From: Eledone cirrhosa
Lineage: Eukaryota
Reading direction: 5' to 3'
DNA: 64,000 nucleotides
Assembly: GCA_964016885.1 (NCBI GenBank)
Contig: OZ024741.1
Coordinates: 319,114,001-319,178,000 of the forward strand
Shown here one piece after another: positions 1 to 11,189 of the stretch (positions are counted from its first letter, which is position 1; every line of letters starts with the position of its first letter). The notes beneath the pieces were generated by a model. The model worked only from the letters and a program-made list of their open reading frames with translations, did not search any database and had not been told where the DNA came from. A program made the translations under genes and the position numbers.

Positions 1-351
1 CATCCGGGAGGTTACTAGTTCAGTTTGAGTATTGACTCAGTCTGTGCCATCTGTCCAGCCTTTGTTAGCAGAGAAGGGGGGGGGGGGGGGGCATCAAATG
101 TTGATGAGTCTTTTACTCTTTTACTGCTTTTAGTCATACATAAACATAAACATACACACATGTGGGGGTTTATGTAGTGAAATAAAGTGTTTCGTTCCAG
201 GACACAACTCACCACCAGGAATGGAACTCCAGACTTTACAATCATGAGCCAAACATCTTAACCATTAAACGATGCCAATTCTCCCTCCCAAACTAAGCAG
301 TAAAACAGCACCCCCTCCTTATTTCTCATTATATTTTTCTGTTTCTATCAG

Positions 352-505
352 ATCCATGAGAAGAAACATATGAAGATTGAAGATGACATCTACAAGTTGA
401 AGACAACCATTAAAATGAAAAAGAAGGACAATGAAAGATTGACCAAACAGATCAAATACATCAATGTCCAAGTCAATGACCGAAGACATATCGCTGATGT
501 CTGCC
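352..505 (+). CDS. CFAP43: CFAP43 (WDR96) penultimate coding exon
   Basis: Pyrimidine tract + CAG ending at 351; reads IHEKKHMKIEDDIYKLKTTIKMKKKDNERLTKQIKYINVQVNDRRHIADVC; donor GTAAGT at 506; phase 1 joins the 4475 exon in frame. Confidence 0.8.
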
Positions 506-784
506 GTAAGTTGGCGCCATTCACACTCTTAGTTCTCTGCAAATGGGAACATTTAAAAATGATTTTAGTGTAGAATACCATTTGTGTTATGTATGTGTTT
601 TTACCAGTAACACGGTATGTATGTGTGCATGTATGTATATATGTAGGTGTGCATGTATGTGTGTTTATGTATATATGTGTGTGTATTCATATATGTATAT
701 ATATCAATTAAAAAGTTATTTGTCTTTAAGTCTCAATCAAAGGATAAAATATACAGATAAATTATCAACTCAGAGAAGTAACTA

Positions 785-892
785 ACATATTAAACTTAAG
801 CTAAAATCTCAATTTGGTGGGATATAAGCTAGATTGACTAAAATAAGTCAGTTTTACTCATATATCAAGATTTTGGCTTAAGTTTAATATGT
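785..892. repeat. Small MITE-like element with about 25-bp imperfect terminal inverted repeats
   Basis: ACATATTAAACTTAAGCTAAAATCT ... AGATTTTGGCTTAAGTTTAATATGT; related partial copy at about 1100-1240. Confidence 0.45.
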
Positions 893-1639
893 CTATATAT
901 GTCATCATCATCATCATTTTACGTCCGCTTGCATTTGCATATATGTGTGTGTGTGTGTATATATATATAACTCTACAAAGTAAACTGTCTCTCACACAGT
1001 TTATTTCATATACATACATACAGATTGTTCCACATATGCATATATATATATATACACACCTTAATTTACAACTTTATAAAGTAATTGTCTCTTAAGATGT
1101 AGGCATCTCAATGACAGGATAAGATATATCAATAAATTAATAAACCAATAATCCACTCAGAGGAGTATTAAAAATATTAAATTTAAGCCAAAATCACACT
1201 TCAGAGGAAATATGTCAAGTTGGCTAAAAGAAGCCAATTTTAAATATATTGCCCCAACCATTGTTTCAAATACTCAAAGAAACAACATTTGGAATTTCAA
1301 GACATTGAAATAACCAATGCTGGAGGAATTGAAGTTTTATTATCAGGAGGCGAATTCTTCATAGGAATATGGGACAAGTAGAAAAATGATCATACATACC
1401 AATTCACTGCTAGATCATATATGTGAACAATGTGTTGTATTGAATTGTCGTATGAATATATCTACCCAAAAGGACTAGCTGAATATATATCATATAACCA
1501 TACCACTTATAAATCACAAGGGACAGCAACATGATGCAACTTTAAAATACTGTTAGGAAATTACCTACTTGGTGTATTAGGACAATATGACGAGCTTATA
1601 TTGATGGTAGAAATAGCAGCCAAAGAATATATATATATA

Positions 1640-3373
1640 TGGGAGAGAGAGAAATTACCCTCAGTAGATCCAACAGAGGGACCAGCTATTGAGATTGACA
1701 AATATAGGGTCCAAGAAGCGATTAAGGAAATGAAAAATGGTAAGGCCGCTGGACCGTCGGGGATAGTTGCTGAGATGCTGAAGGCATCAGAGGACGTAGG
1801 CACTAAACTGGTTGCACGCATCATCAATCAGGCTATATATGGCGGTGTCATACCCAAAGACTGGTGCAGCAGTATTCTCATAAATTGCTACAAAGGTAAA
1901 GGGGATGCTCTGGAGAGGAGCAATTATAGGGGTATAAAACTGATGGATCAGGTTATGAAAGTGGCAGAAAGGATATTAGCACAACTAATTAGAGAAAGGG
2001 TCAAACTAGATGAGATGCAGTTTGGTTTTGTGCCTGGGAAAAGTACAACAGATGCCTTCTTCTTGGTGAGACAATTACAAGAGAGGTTCTTAGAGAAGAA
2101 TTATCCACTATACTTAGCTTTTGTTAAGCTAGATAAGGTCTTTGATAGGATACCCCGATCTGTCATCTGGTGGTCCCTAAGGAAACTAGGTGTTGAGGAA
2201 TGGCTTGTGAGGACAGTTCAAACTTTGTACAGAGGTGCTGTCAGTAAAGTGAGGGTAGAAATGGAGTTTAATGTGGAATTCCAGATACAAGTAGGAGTAC
2301 ATCAAGGTTCGGTCCTCAGCCTGCTCTTGTTCATTATTGTCCTCCAAGCCATAACAGAGGAGTTTAAGACTGGCTGTCCATGGGAACTTCTCTATGCTGA
2401 CGATCTGGTTCTTATAGCAGAATCAGTAGAGGAGATAGAGAATAAATTCTGGCTATGGAAACAGCATTGGAATCAAGAGGACTGAGAGTGAACCTAGCTC
2501 AGACAAAAGTGTTGATGAGTAGAAAAGAGGACAAAACTCTGATTCCATCAGGGAAATGGCCATGTTTGATATGCAGAAAAGGAACTGGCATAAATTCTAT
2601 AAAATGCACACAATGCAGATCTTGGGTACACAAGAGATGTAGTGGGATAGCAGGCAAACTAACAGGTAGGGAGAAATACATATGCAGTAGATGTACGGGG
2701 AAATTAAACAGTAGAAGTCGCATTGATAGACACATTTTTCAAATGCAGGTGGGTGCTATAGAAGTGGTTGATAGAATTGGAAGGGGGGGGGGGGGTCTTC
2801 CGAGGCCATAGTATCTAGAATAAGGACGGGTTGGAAGAAGTTTAGGGAGCTGCTTCCTCTGCTGATGAAGAAGGGTTTCTCCCTGCATACGAAAGCCTGG
2901 TTATATGATGCCTGTGTGAGGAGCGCGATGCTGCATGGTAGTGAGACATGGGCAGCAACTGCAGAGGATATGCGACGACTGGAGAGAAATGTGGCAAACA
3001 TGCTCCGTTGGATGTGCAGTGTCAATGTGCATGATCGACCCAGCATGAATGTGTTGAAAGAGAAACTGTGTCTGAGAGGGATAAGTTGTGGTGTGCAGGA
3101 GAGGAGACTTCAACGGTATGGACATGTGATGCGCATGGAGGATGACCGATGGATGAAGAAGTGCCAAGAAATGCCAGTTGAAGGAAAAGGTAATAGAGGA
3201 AGACCACGAAAAGCATGGGTGGAGATGGTGACAGCAGACCTCAGATTGCTGAAGCTCATGGTGGAGATGACAAAGGACCGTGACAAGTGGAGAGATGCTG
3301 TGCTGAATAGGATCCGTCCCACCCTTGCAAGCAGGGAAAAGCGGACGTAAAATGATGATGATGATGATGATGA
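1640..3373 (+). mobile_element. 5'-truncated, frameshifted RTE-clade LINE (RT + PHD-like finger + C-terminus)
   Basis: ORFs 1601-2485, 2455-2811 and 2865-3350 with RT motifs (QFGF, QGSVLS, YADD); (TGA)n tail; begins in (TA)n; lies in a CFAP43 intron. Confidence 0.92.
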
Positions 3374-3639
3374 TATATATAGTGAAAAAAGTGTGGACAT
3401 TGGAAAACGCGCTATACAGATCGCATTATATAAGGAAAATGATAACAAAAAAAAGGGTTTGAAAAACGCACCTGGTATATATATATATATAAAGATCTTT
3501 ATTTCATGTACAAGAATTGTTGTTAAAAATTGATGTTTAGCAAAGACTGTTTTCTCTGTATTGGATTATCAAAACATTTGTTATTAGGTTAAATTGTTTT
3601 TTCTTGTTAAAACTGCTGCATGCTGATTCTCAACCACTT

Positions 3640-4077
3640 TGACCCAACTTCCCACGGGCACAGACTGATGCTGAAGCATATACACACTATGCTCCACCCC
3701 ACCCTCCCATAGATTCTCCACGAGGACAGACCGAAGTAAATGCATCCAATGAAGCACCCAGCTCACACTGTAAAGTGGTTGTGTAGGTGTAACGACAAAA
3801 AGCACCTAGTTCACACTGTAAAATGGTTGTATAGGTGTCACGACAAAAAGCACCTAGTGCACACTGTAAAGTGGTTGTGTAGGCATCATGAGAAAAGGCA
3901 CCCAGTACTCACTGTAAATGTGGTTGGCATTAGGAAGGGCATCCAGCTGTAGAAATCAAGCCAAAATTAGTTCTGTATGAGCAAGACATGGTCATTTGAC
4001 CTAGCATTGCCCACAACAGGACAACTCATCTAACCCATGCTAGTGTGGAAGAATGGATGTAAAATGGTGATGATGAT
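3640..4077 (+). mobile_element. SINE-like element family A (internal tandem units of about 45 bp, RTE-type 3' tail)
   Basis: AAAAAGCACCYAGTNCACACTGTAAAGTGG units, then GTTGGCATTAGGAAGGGCATCCAGCTGTAGAAA...CCCATGCTAG...(TGA)n. Other copies at about 5077-5226, 14877-15220, 20360-20700(-), 32395-32684, 38117-38445, 38776-39112(-) and 55545-55715(-). Confidence 0.75.
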
Positions 4078-4474
4078 TGGTTTGAATCGCTTCTGTCCTT
4101 GCTAAAGTAATATAAAAATGTTTAATAGATTATCTTCTTTTACATATGTTTATGCCACCAATATATTGTTGCCATTTTAATATTTACCAGAATAATGTGG
4201 CAATGTAAACATTCACATGAAGAGTGTCCAAAAAGACACAGAAGTACTTATGAAATGACATGTAACAATACAGCTGTGCTGAAATTTGATTGACTAATAC
4301 ACACATACATAGTCACACATATGTCATCATCATCATCATCGTTTAACGTCCATCTTCCACGCTAGCATGGGTTTGTATACATATATGTGTGTGTTGAATA
4401 TTCTATCTTAACATTATAAATATCATTTTCACCATAATGTACATCTTTATATACTTACATCTATTTCTGTACAG

Positions 4475-4629
4475 ATGACTCCCCTAGTACATCAAGCAGA
4501 GTAAAGTACTACAGCATATGTCATCGCAAGAAGCTTGTCAACAAAGCCAAGAAACAAGCAGCAGAGTTGACCATCTTACGCAAGGAAATTGAACGTTTAC
4601 GAAGGAAAACGTTTCCAGCTTTGATTTGA
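4475..4629 (+). CDS. CFAP43: CFAP43 terminal coding exon
   Basis: TTTCTGTACAG acceptor; reads (H)DSPSTSSRVKYYSICHRKKLVNKAKKQAAELTILRKEIERLRRKTFPALI*, matching the CFAP43 C-terminal motif (Q..EI.IL..EVERLR.KTFPAL) as recalled; AATAAA at 4771-4776. Confidence 0.85.
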
Positions 4630-4644
4630 GATTCAAAAACTGCC

Positions 4645-5050
4645 CTTAACTCATAGCATCCTGTGATGACTAAGTAGAAAATATCTAAACTTCAGTATAT
4701 AGAAGCTTTACTTTTGGACAAATTGGGAATTTTTGCAGTATTAACTCATAACATCCTGTAATGACTGAACAATAAATATCTAAAAAGGGGTTTCTTAATT
4801 CAATTGTTTATAGTATCTTTACTATTGGAGAGACTTGTGAAAATTTGCCGTATTATATCTTAACATTCTGTAATGATTTAGCAAACAATATCTAAAAATA
4901 GGTTTCTTAGTTCAAATATTTATAGAATCTTTACAAATGAATAGATTGTTATGAACATTTGTAAAGACTTCAGTTTTTAAAGTATCGCAAACATTTTAGT
5001 TTTGTATTTTGAAGAATATGTTTATAGTATGGTACAAGACATTAAGGTTT
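4645..5050 (+). repeat. Degenerate tandem repeat of about 100 bp in the CFAP43 3' UTR region
   Basis: Three units starting TTAACTCATA(G/A)CATCCTGT-like at about 4646, 4741 and 4854; related copies at about 10450-10620 (+) and 21870-22060 (-). Confidence 0.55.
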
Positions 5051-5244
5051 AAAGATAATATATATGTATATATATATTGGTGTTAGGAAGGGCATCCAGC
5101 TGTAGAAAACCTGCCAGATACAGTCCTATACAAGTGAGACATGGTCACCCGATCAATCTTGCCTAAAGTGGGACAATTCCCGTCTAACCCATGCTAGCGT
5201 GGAAGATAGATATTAAACGATGATGATATATATATTATATTATT

Positions 5245-6200
5245 TATTCATGTTCATACATGTAACAAAAGTGCTACCTAAGGTTTCAAGGACTAACATT
5301 AACCATATCTCCAGATTGTAAGAAAGATGAAATTTGTGGCCTAGTTTTCAGGCACTTAGATGAGTATAAAGATACCATTAAAAATATAGCGCATTAAACG
5401 CGTGTTTACAAAACATAGTATAACAAAGGGAAAATAACTCAAAGATGTAAATTTGAAATGGCAAAGTAGGTGTAATCGTATTACTGTGTGTGCAGTATAG
5501 CAGTTGTATGGTATTATGTGGAGGTATGTAATATAGAGATTTATTTCTTAAGCTATGCAGTTGAGTATATAGAAGGTGTACTGTATTTTTTAAGAGTGGA
5601 AAAAGAAAAGATTTTAAGAAATTATATAAATCAATATTAAGGTGATTGAAAATCAGTTGAATTTGTTGAGTGTTTCCACTTAGCAAGGCCTTTAAGATGT
5701 AGACATCCTTTAAAAATTTTGTTCTTTTAGTTCAAATTATTGTTTGAAGACCTTGTAATATTCTAAATTTTTCACTGAGGCAGAGACAACATCCTTTGGT
5801 GTCATTGGTATAATTACCTTCCAAGTAATCTTATGTGGAACCCCTTTCTCCTTTAATTACCAGATTATTTCTGCTAGGGTCATGCTGGTTCTCATATTAA
5901 GATTCCTGAAGGAATAGAGATGTGAGTAAAAACGTTATTTAAAATGATCTTGCATCATACCAACATATCTTTCGCTAACTTCAGAATTTTCTGTGGTGTT
6001 GTGTGTAATCTCTGCCTAATTCACAATGGATTTGATATTATATTTCTGTTGGAGAGGGCAGTTCTCTTTAATCCTACAAAAGCAACCTGGATTTATTATT
6101 ATTATTGTTATCCATCCATTGAAGGTGAAGTATTCATTTTGTTTTTTCTAATGGCTAGAATATATGCAGCTCACCACACTGCATACTCATAGATTTTGTC
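5245..6200 (-). mobile_element. Decayed Penelope-like element (GIY-YIG endonuclease relic + pseudo-LTR)
   Basis: Minus strand about 5690-6090 reads YVGMMQDHFK*RFYSHLYSFRNLNMRTSMTLAEIIW*LKEKGVPHKITW...CCLCLSEKFRIL, colinear with the 36740-37543 ORF; followed by a hammerhead-type motif at 5269-5357. Confidence 0.7.
5269..5357 (-). ncRNA. Type I hammerhead ribozyme motif, probably inactive (core CUGAAAA)
   Basis: AAGUGC-CUGAAAA-stem II-GAAA-CCUUAGG-UA-GCACUU; the conserved G8 is changed to A. Confidence 0.55.
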
Positions 6201-6524
6201 ACTAACTGAAGCAGTTATGTCAACCCTTTGTTGAATTAATAGTCGATCATCTGCGAACTTACTGGTGTTCATGATGCCGAGGTCATCTAATTAAACTGAT
6301 GATCATTGCATGAGCTACTGCTTACTATGAGACAAATAGTCTACCCAACAGCTACATAGCAAACATGCGTGCATGCATACACACGTCTGACACTTGGACC
6401 AATTAAGGAAGAACACATCATTCGTTTTTATTTTGCATTTAAAAAGAGGGTATTAACCCCGAAATATTTTGAAATATCCTGGGTAAGGAAAACATTACTT
6501 TGTTTTATTTTATTTGCCATCCTT

Positions 6525-9058
6525 TCATCATCATCATCATTTTACGTCCGCTTTTCCCTGCTTGCAAGGGTTGGACAGGGTCCTATTCAGCACAGTATCT
6601 CTCCACCCGTCACGGTCCTTCGTCATCTCGTCCGTGAGTTTCAGCGATCCGAGGTCTGCTCCCACCACCTCCGCCCATGTTTTTCGTGGTCTACCTCTAC
6701 TGCGTCTTCCCTCCACTGGGACTTCCTGGCACTTCTTCACCCATTGGTCATCCACCATGCACATCACACGTCCATACCATCTCAGCCTTCTCTCCTGCAC
6801 ACCACAACTTATCCCTCTTATACCCAGTTTCTTTCTGAACTCGTCTATGCTTGGTCATTCATGCACATTGACATTGCACATCCAACGCATCTCTTCTGCA
6901 GTTGCTGCCCATGTCTCACTACCATGCAGCATCGCGCATCTCACACAGGCATTATATAACCGTCCTTTCGTATGCAGGGAGAAACCCTTCTTTGTCAACA
7001 GAGGAAGCAGCTCCCTAAACTTCTTCCAACTCATCTTTATTCTAGATACTATGGCCTCGGAACACCCCCCTCCCATGCTAATCTAATCACCTAGGTACCG
7101 GAAGCTATCAACCACTTCTATAGAACCTACCATTGGAAAAATAAGTCTATTACATCGATTACTACTGCCAACTTTCCCTGTACATCTACTGCATATGTAG
7201 TTTTCCCTACTATCCCACTACATCTCTTGTGTACCCAAGATCTGCATTGCGTACATTTTATGGAATTTATGACAGTTCCTTTCCTACATATCGGACATGG
7301 CCATTTCCCTGATGGAATCAGAGTATTGTCCCCCTCCTCTACTTATCAACGCCTTTGTTTTAGCTATGTTCACTCTCAGTCCTCTTGATTCCAACTGCTG
7401 TTTCCATAGCCAGAATTTATTCTCTAGCTCCTTTACTGATTCTGCTATAAGAACCAGATCATCAGCATAAAGAAGTTCCCATGGTCATCCAGTCTTAAAC
7501 TCCTCTGTTATGGCTTGGAGGACTATAATGAACAAGAGCGGGCTGAGGACAGAACCTTGATGTACACCTACTTGTATCTGGAATTCCTCACTAAACTCCA
7601 TTCCTATTCTCATTTTACTGACAGCACTGTCCTCACAAGCCATTCCTCTACCCCTAGTTTCCTTAGGGACTACCAGATGACAGATTGGGGTACCCTATCA
7701 AAGGCCTTCTCTAGGTCAACAAAAGCGAAGTATAGTGGCTTATTCTCCTCTAAGAACCTCTCTTGTAATTGTCTCACCAAGAAGAGGGCATCTGTTGTAC
7801 TTTTCCCATGCACAAAACCAAACTGCATCTCATCTAATTTGACCCTTTCTCTAATCAGTTGCACTAATATTCTCTCTGCCACTTTCATAACCTGATCCAT
7901 CAGCTTTATGCCCCTATAATTGCTCCTCTCTAGAGCATCACCTTTACCTTTGTCACAATTTATGAGAATACTGCTGCACCAGTCTTTGGGTATGACACCA
8001 CCATATATAGCTTGATTAATGATGCGTGCAACTAGTTTAGTGCTTACTTCTCCTGAAGCCTTTAAGCATCTCAGCAACTATCCCCGATGGTCCAGTAGCC
8101 TTACCATTCTTCATTTCCTTAATTGCCTCTTGTACCCTATATTTGTCAATCTCAATAGTTGGTCCCTCTGTCGGATCTACTGAGGGTAATTTCTCTCTCT
8201 CCCATTCGTTCTCCACATTCATCAGTCTCTCATAATGACATTTCCAGGCCTCCTTCTTTTGATCATTCATGACACTAAGTACACCAACATCATTCCGGAC
8301 ACACTTATCTCCAACATCCTGATTTGCACTGACACTGCCTTGCAATGCGGAACACCGCACGTCTCTGATCTTCCCGCCGCAGAACATTGGCAAACCTCCT
8401 ACTCTCAGCCTCCCTGCGTGCTAAGTACACCTGACGTTTAGCTTCTCTCTTAGCAGCTGTGTATCCGTCTCTACTCCCACCATTTTTTCCAAGCTTTCCA
8501 TACCAGTCTTTTGTCTCTAATGGCCCTATCTAATGTGCTGTTCCACCACCAGGTCACTCTTTGTCTGGTGGAAGCTCTGCCCCAACCACAAGTTTCTTCA
8601 GTAGCCTGCAGTAAGTTGTCACGCAAGAAATTTCAGTTATCATCTAGGTCATACAACTCCAAATCGTCTTCTTTTTCGTCGTACGCATCTTGAAGGGCTT
8701 TGCTAAATTTATATTTTAATGAAAGGTCTTTTAGCTTCAAGACCTTTCTTTTCCACACCTTCCTGTATGTCTCATTCTTTCTCTTGCTTACTGAGATGTC
8801 ACTAACGACTAACTTATGCTGTGGGGTACATTCTTCCCCAGGGTAAGCCTTAGTATTTGACACCATCCGTCTGTCTCACTGTCTAATTAGCAGGAAGTCA
8901 ATCTGGCTTATGTGCTCGCCTGATTTGTAGGTTATTCGGTGGTTGATAGGCTTCTGGAAGTTAGTGTTGCAAATGGTTAGTGTATTTGCATCACAAAATT
9001 CAAGAAGCCTCACTCCTTCTTCATTTCTTGAGCCGTAACCGTGCCCACCATGTACCTT
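6525..9058 (-). mobile_element. 5'-truncated degenerate RTE-clade LINE
   Basis: ORF pieces 8633-8866, 8037-8393, 7670-8077 (FVDLEKAFD), 6855-7076 and 6537-6800; (TCA)n at 6525 is the 3' tail. Confidence 0.92.
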
Positions 9059-9185
9059 TATATATCTCTACCACAAGTAGAAATATATAAGTACCAGCTT
9101 TCTGAAATACTTATCAATCATTTATTACATAACTCAAAATGCTTCATATTAACTATACTAATATACATAATCATCATTATTGTTT

Positions 9186-9370
9186 CGGTGAATTGGCAGT
9201 ATCGGTAGAGGGTTGGACGCCATGCTTTCTAGCATAGTTACGTCCCTTTACGGTTTGAGTTCAAATCCCACCGAGGTTAACTTTGCCTTTCATCCTTACG
9301 GGGTCGATAAAATAAAGTACCAGTAATGTACTGGGTAATTGCTGGCCTTGTGCCTAAAGTAGAAACAATT
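9186..9370 (+). mobile_element. tRNA-derived SINE family B
   Basis: A-box-like TGGCAGTATCGG, B-box GAGTTCAAATCC, core GCCTTTCATCCTTACGGGGTCGATAAAATAAAGTACCAG, (ATT)n tail. Further copies at about 18225-18410(-), 18965-19165(-), 22255-22760(-, several), 33150-33345, 33833-34025, 39780-40680(-, four), 61020-61145, 61297-61490 and 61958-62140. Confidence 0.8.
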
Positions 9371-9374
9371 ATTG

Positions 9375-9720
9375 TTTTTATGTCCGTTTTCCATGCTTTT
9401 CAGTACAGCATCTCTAATAGGTGCTTTTCAGTACAGCATCTCTCTACTCACCACATTTTTTCATCATTTCCTCTTGTGAGTTTCAGTAATTTGAGGTCAG
9501 CTCTCACCTCCTACGCCAAGCTCTTCCTTGGTCTACCTCAACTGCGGCTTCCCTCCACTGGGATTTCCTGGCACTTCTTCACCCAGTGATCATTATCCAT
9601 GCATATCACATGTCCAAACCAATGCAATCTTCTCTCTTGTATACAACTTCTCATTCATCTTAAATCTAGCTTCAGTCTATTTAATCTCTGTCTTTCTCTC
9701 ACATTGCACATCCAACGAAA
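9375..9720 (-). mobile_element. Degenerate RTE LINE 3' fragment
   Basis: Similar to 6540-6890 (CCCTCCACTGGGATTTCCTGGCACTTCTTCACCCA). Confidence 0.7.
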
Positions 9721-9943
9721 TACATATATAGTTAAAAAATAACAAGATGAACATTGAGATTCAAAAACACATTCTTAATAATCTCATGCTTGGGAATGAA
9801 GATAAAGAAATGTAACAACATACTGGACTTTAGTCCTTTATCATTATACTTTTCCTGTTTTTATTTGATACTGTTTTCAGATCAGTATCTTTCTGAAATA
9901 TGTCAATACATATAAAGTTTGTATAAAAACTGCTGCTTCACAC

Positions 9944-10157
9944 TTAACCCTTTAGCATTTAAACCAGCCATATCCAGCCAGAATTCTCTCACCTCTTTCT
10001 GTTCAAACTGGCTGTAACTGGCCACTCATACTGATGTTAAGGTATTGTTCTCAAAATAAATAATTACAAAATCTCATAGATTCAATATTATGCAAGGTAA
10101 AGCCTTTACTGAAAATTCTATAGTAAATATAGAGTAATGTAAATGCTAAACGGTTAA
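9944..10157 (+). mobile_element. piggyBac-type MITE (TTAA flanks, CCCTTTAGCATTTA termini)
   Basis: TTAA-CCCTTTAGCATTTA ... TAAATGCTAAACGG-TTAA. Other copies at 15782-16204 (nested pair), 32243-32713 (split by a SINE) and 56304-56518. Confidence 0.75.
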
Positions 10158-10995
10158 TCCTGTTTGGGACTATACAATTATTGAGGCTTTGTGTTTGGGT
10201 GAAAAATTACTTGGTGAAAATTCAAAATATGGGAGGGATTAAGGAAACTTGAGAAATGTAACATGGGTCTCTGAGAACCACTGGACTATACAATTATTGA
10301 AGTTTGAAAAGCTTGTTCATTTTAGTATGGTGCTTGGGTGAAAAATTACTAGATGACAATTGTAGAAACCTTGGATTGCAAAGGTAGGAATTGAGGAAAC
10401 TTGAAATTACAGGGAGAGGAATGTAACTTGGGTCACTGAGAATCACTGATGTAACGATTCAATAGAAAATATCTAAAAACAAGGTATCTTAATTCAAATG
10501 GATATAGTATTTTTATTAGTGGACATATTGTGAAAATTTACTGTAGTAGAGTGATGTTTTATCATTTTCAAGAATATGTTACTAATACAGTTTCATGTGG
10601 TACAAGACATCAAGAGTTAAAGTTACTGTTTTGTACAATGACAGCTGATCTAGAATTAGACACAATCCCTTCATGACCATTCAGTCTTTTCTACCTCAAA
10701 TATAGTTTATCTACAACTATCATATCCAATGTGTCAGGCCTTCATTTAAGATTGTAGGATGATATTTGAAGGGGATTTGGCCATTGACATTCAGGCTCCT
10801 TTTGCTGCCAGTGTGTCAATATGTATATGAGAGGATATGTGAACAAATCAATCTCCATCTTTGGCTTTGTATGCGTCTGCAAATGTATTTCTGTCTGAAC
10901 TAGATGGTAGGTAGTAGTAGTGATAGCAGTAGTAGCAGTAGTAGTAGAAATAGTGGCAGTGGTAGCAGCAGCAGCTAAAAAGCAGCTAGGCAAGA

Positions 10996-11065
10996 TCAGG
11001 CATCCACAGGTTTACTGCAAACATCCAAGTGATTAGAAACACCGAGTTCTTTCAAATTGATCAAT
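10996..11065 (-). CDS. Laminin alpha-like chain, apparent terminal coding exon (end of LG3)
   Basis: Strong poly-T + TTTTCAG acceptor; phase-2 join gives (I)LINLKELGVSNHLDVCSKPVDA*; TGA at 10998-10996; AATAAA on - at 10517-10512. Confidence 0.72.
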
Positions 11066-11189
11066 CTGAAAAGCAAAAAAAAAAAAAAAAAATTATATTA
11101 TATACATACAGACACGTATATGTTTATATATATATATATATATATAGGGTGAACCTGCAGTAACTCCTAGTTACACCCCCTGGATATAT

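Noticed and set aside
6369-7895. Plus-strand ORFs here and similar ones (40985-41761 +, 12224-14001 -)
   Set aside because: Antisense shadows of RTE coding sequence.
9186-9280. tRNA genes (A/B boxes, GTTCAAATCC)
   Set aside because: These are SINE heads: no full cloverleaf, and each is followed by SINE core and tail.
10742-10993. Thr-rich ORF as the LG3-LG4 hinge
   Set aside because: It is out of frame with the spliced exon, which stops at 10996. A similar (TAG)n tract sits in an intron at 56955-56995, so a microsatellite is more likely, although a hinge relic cannot be fully excluded.
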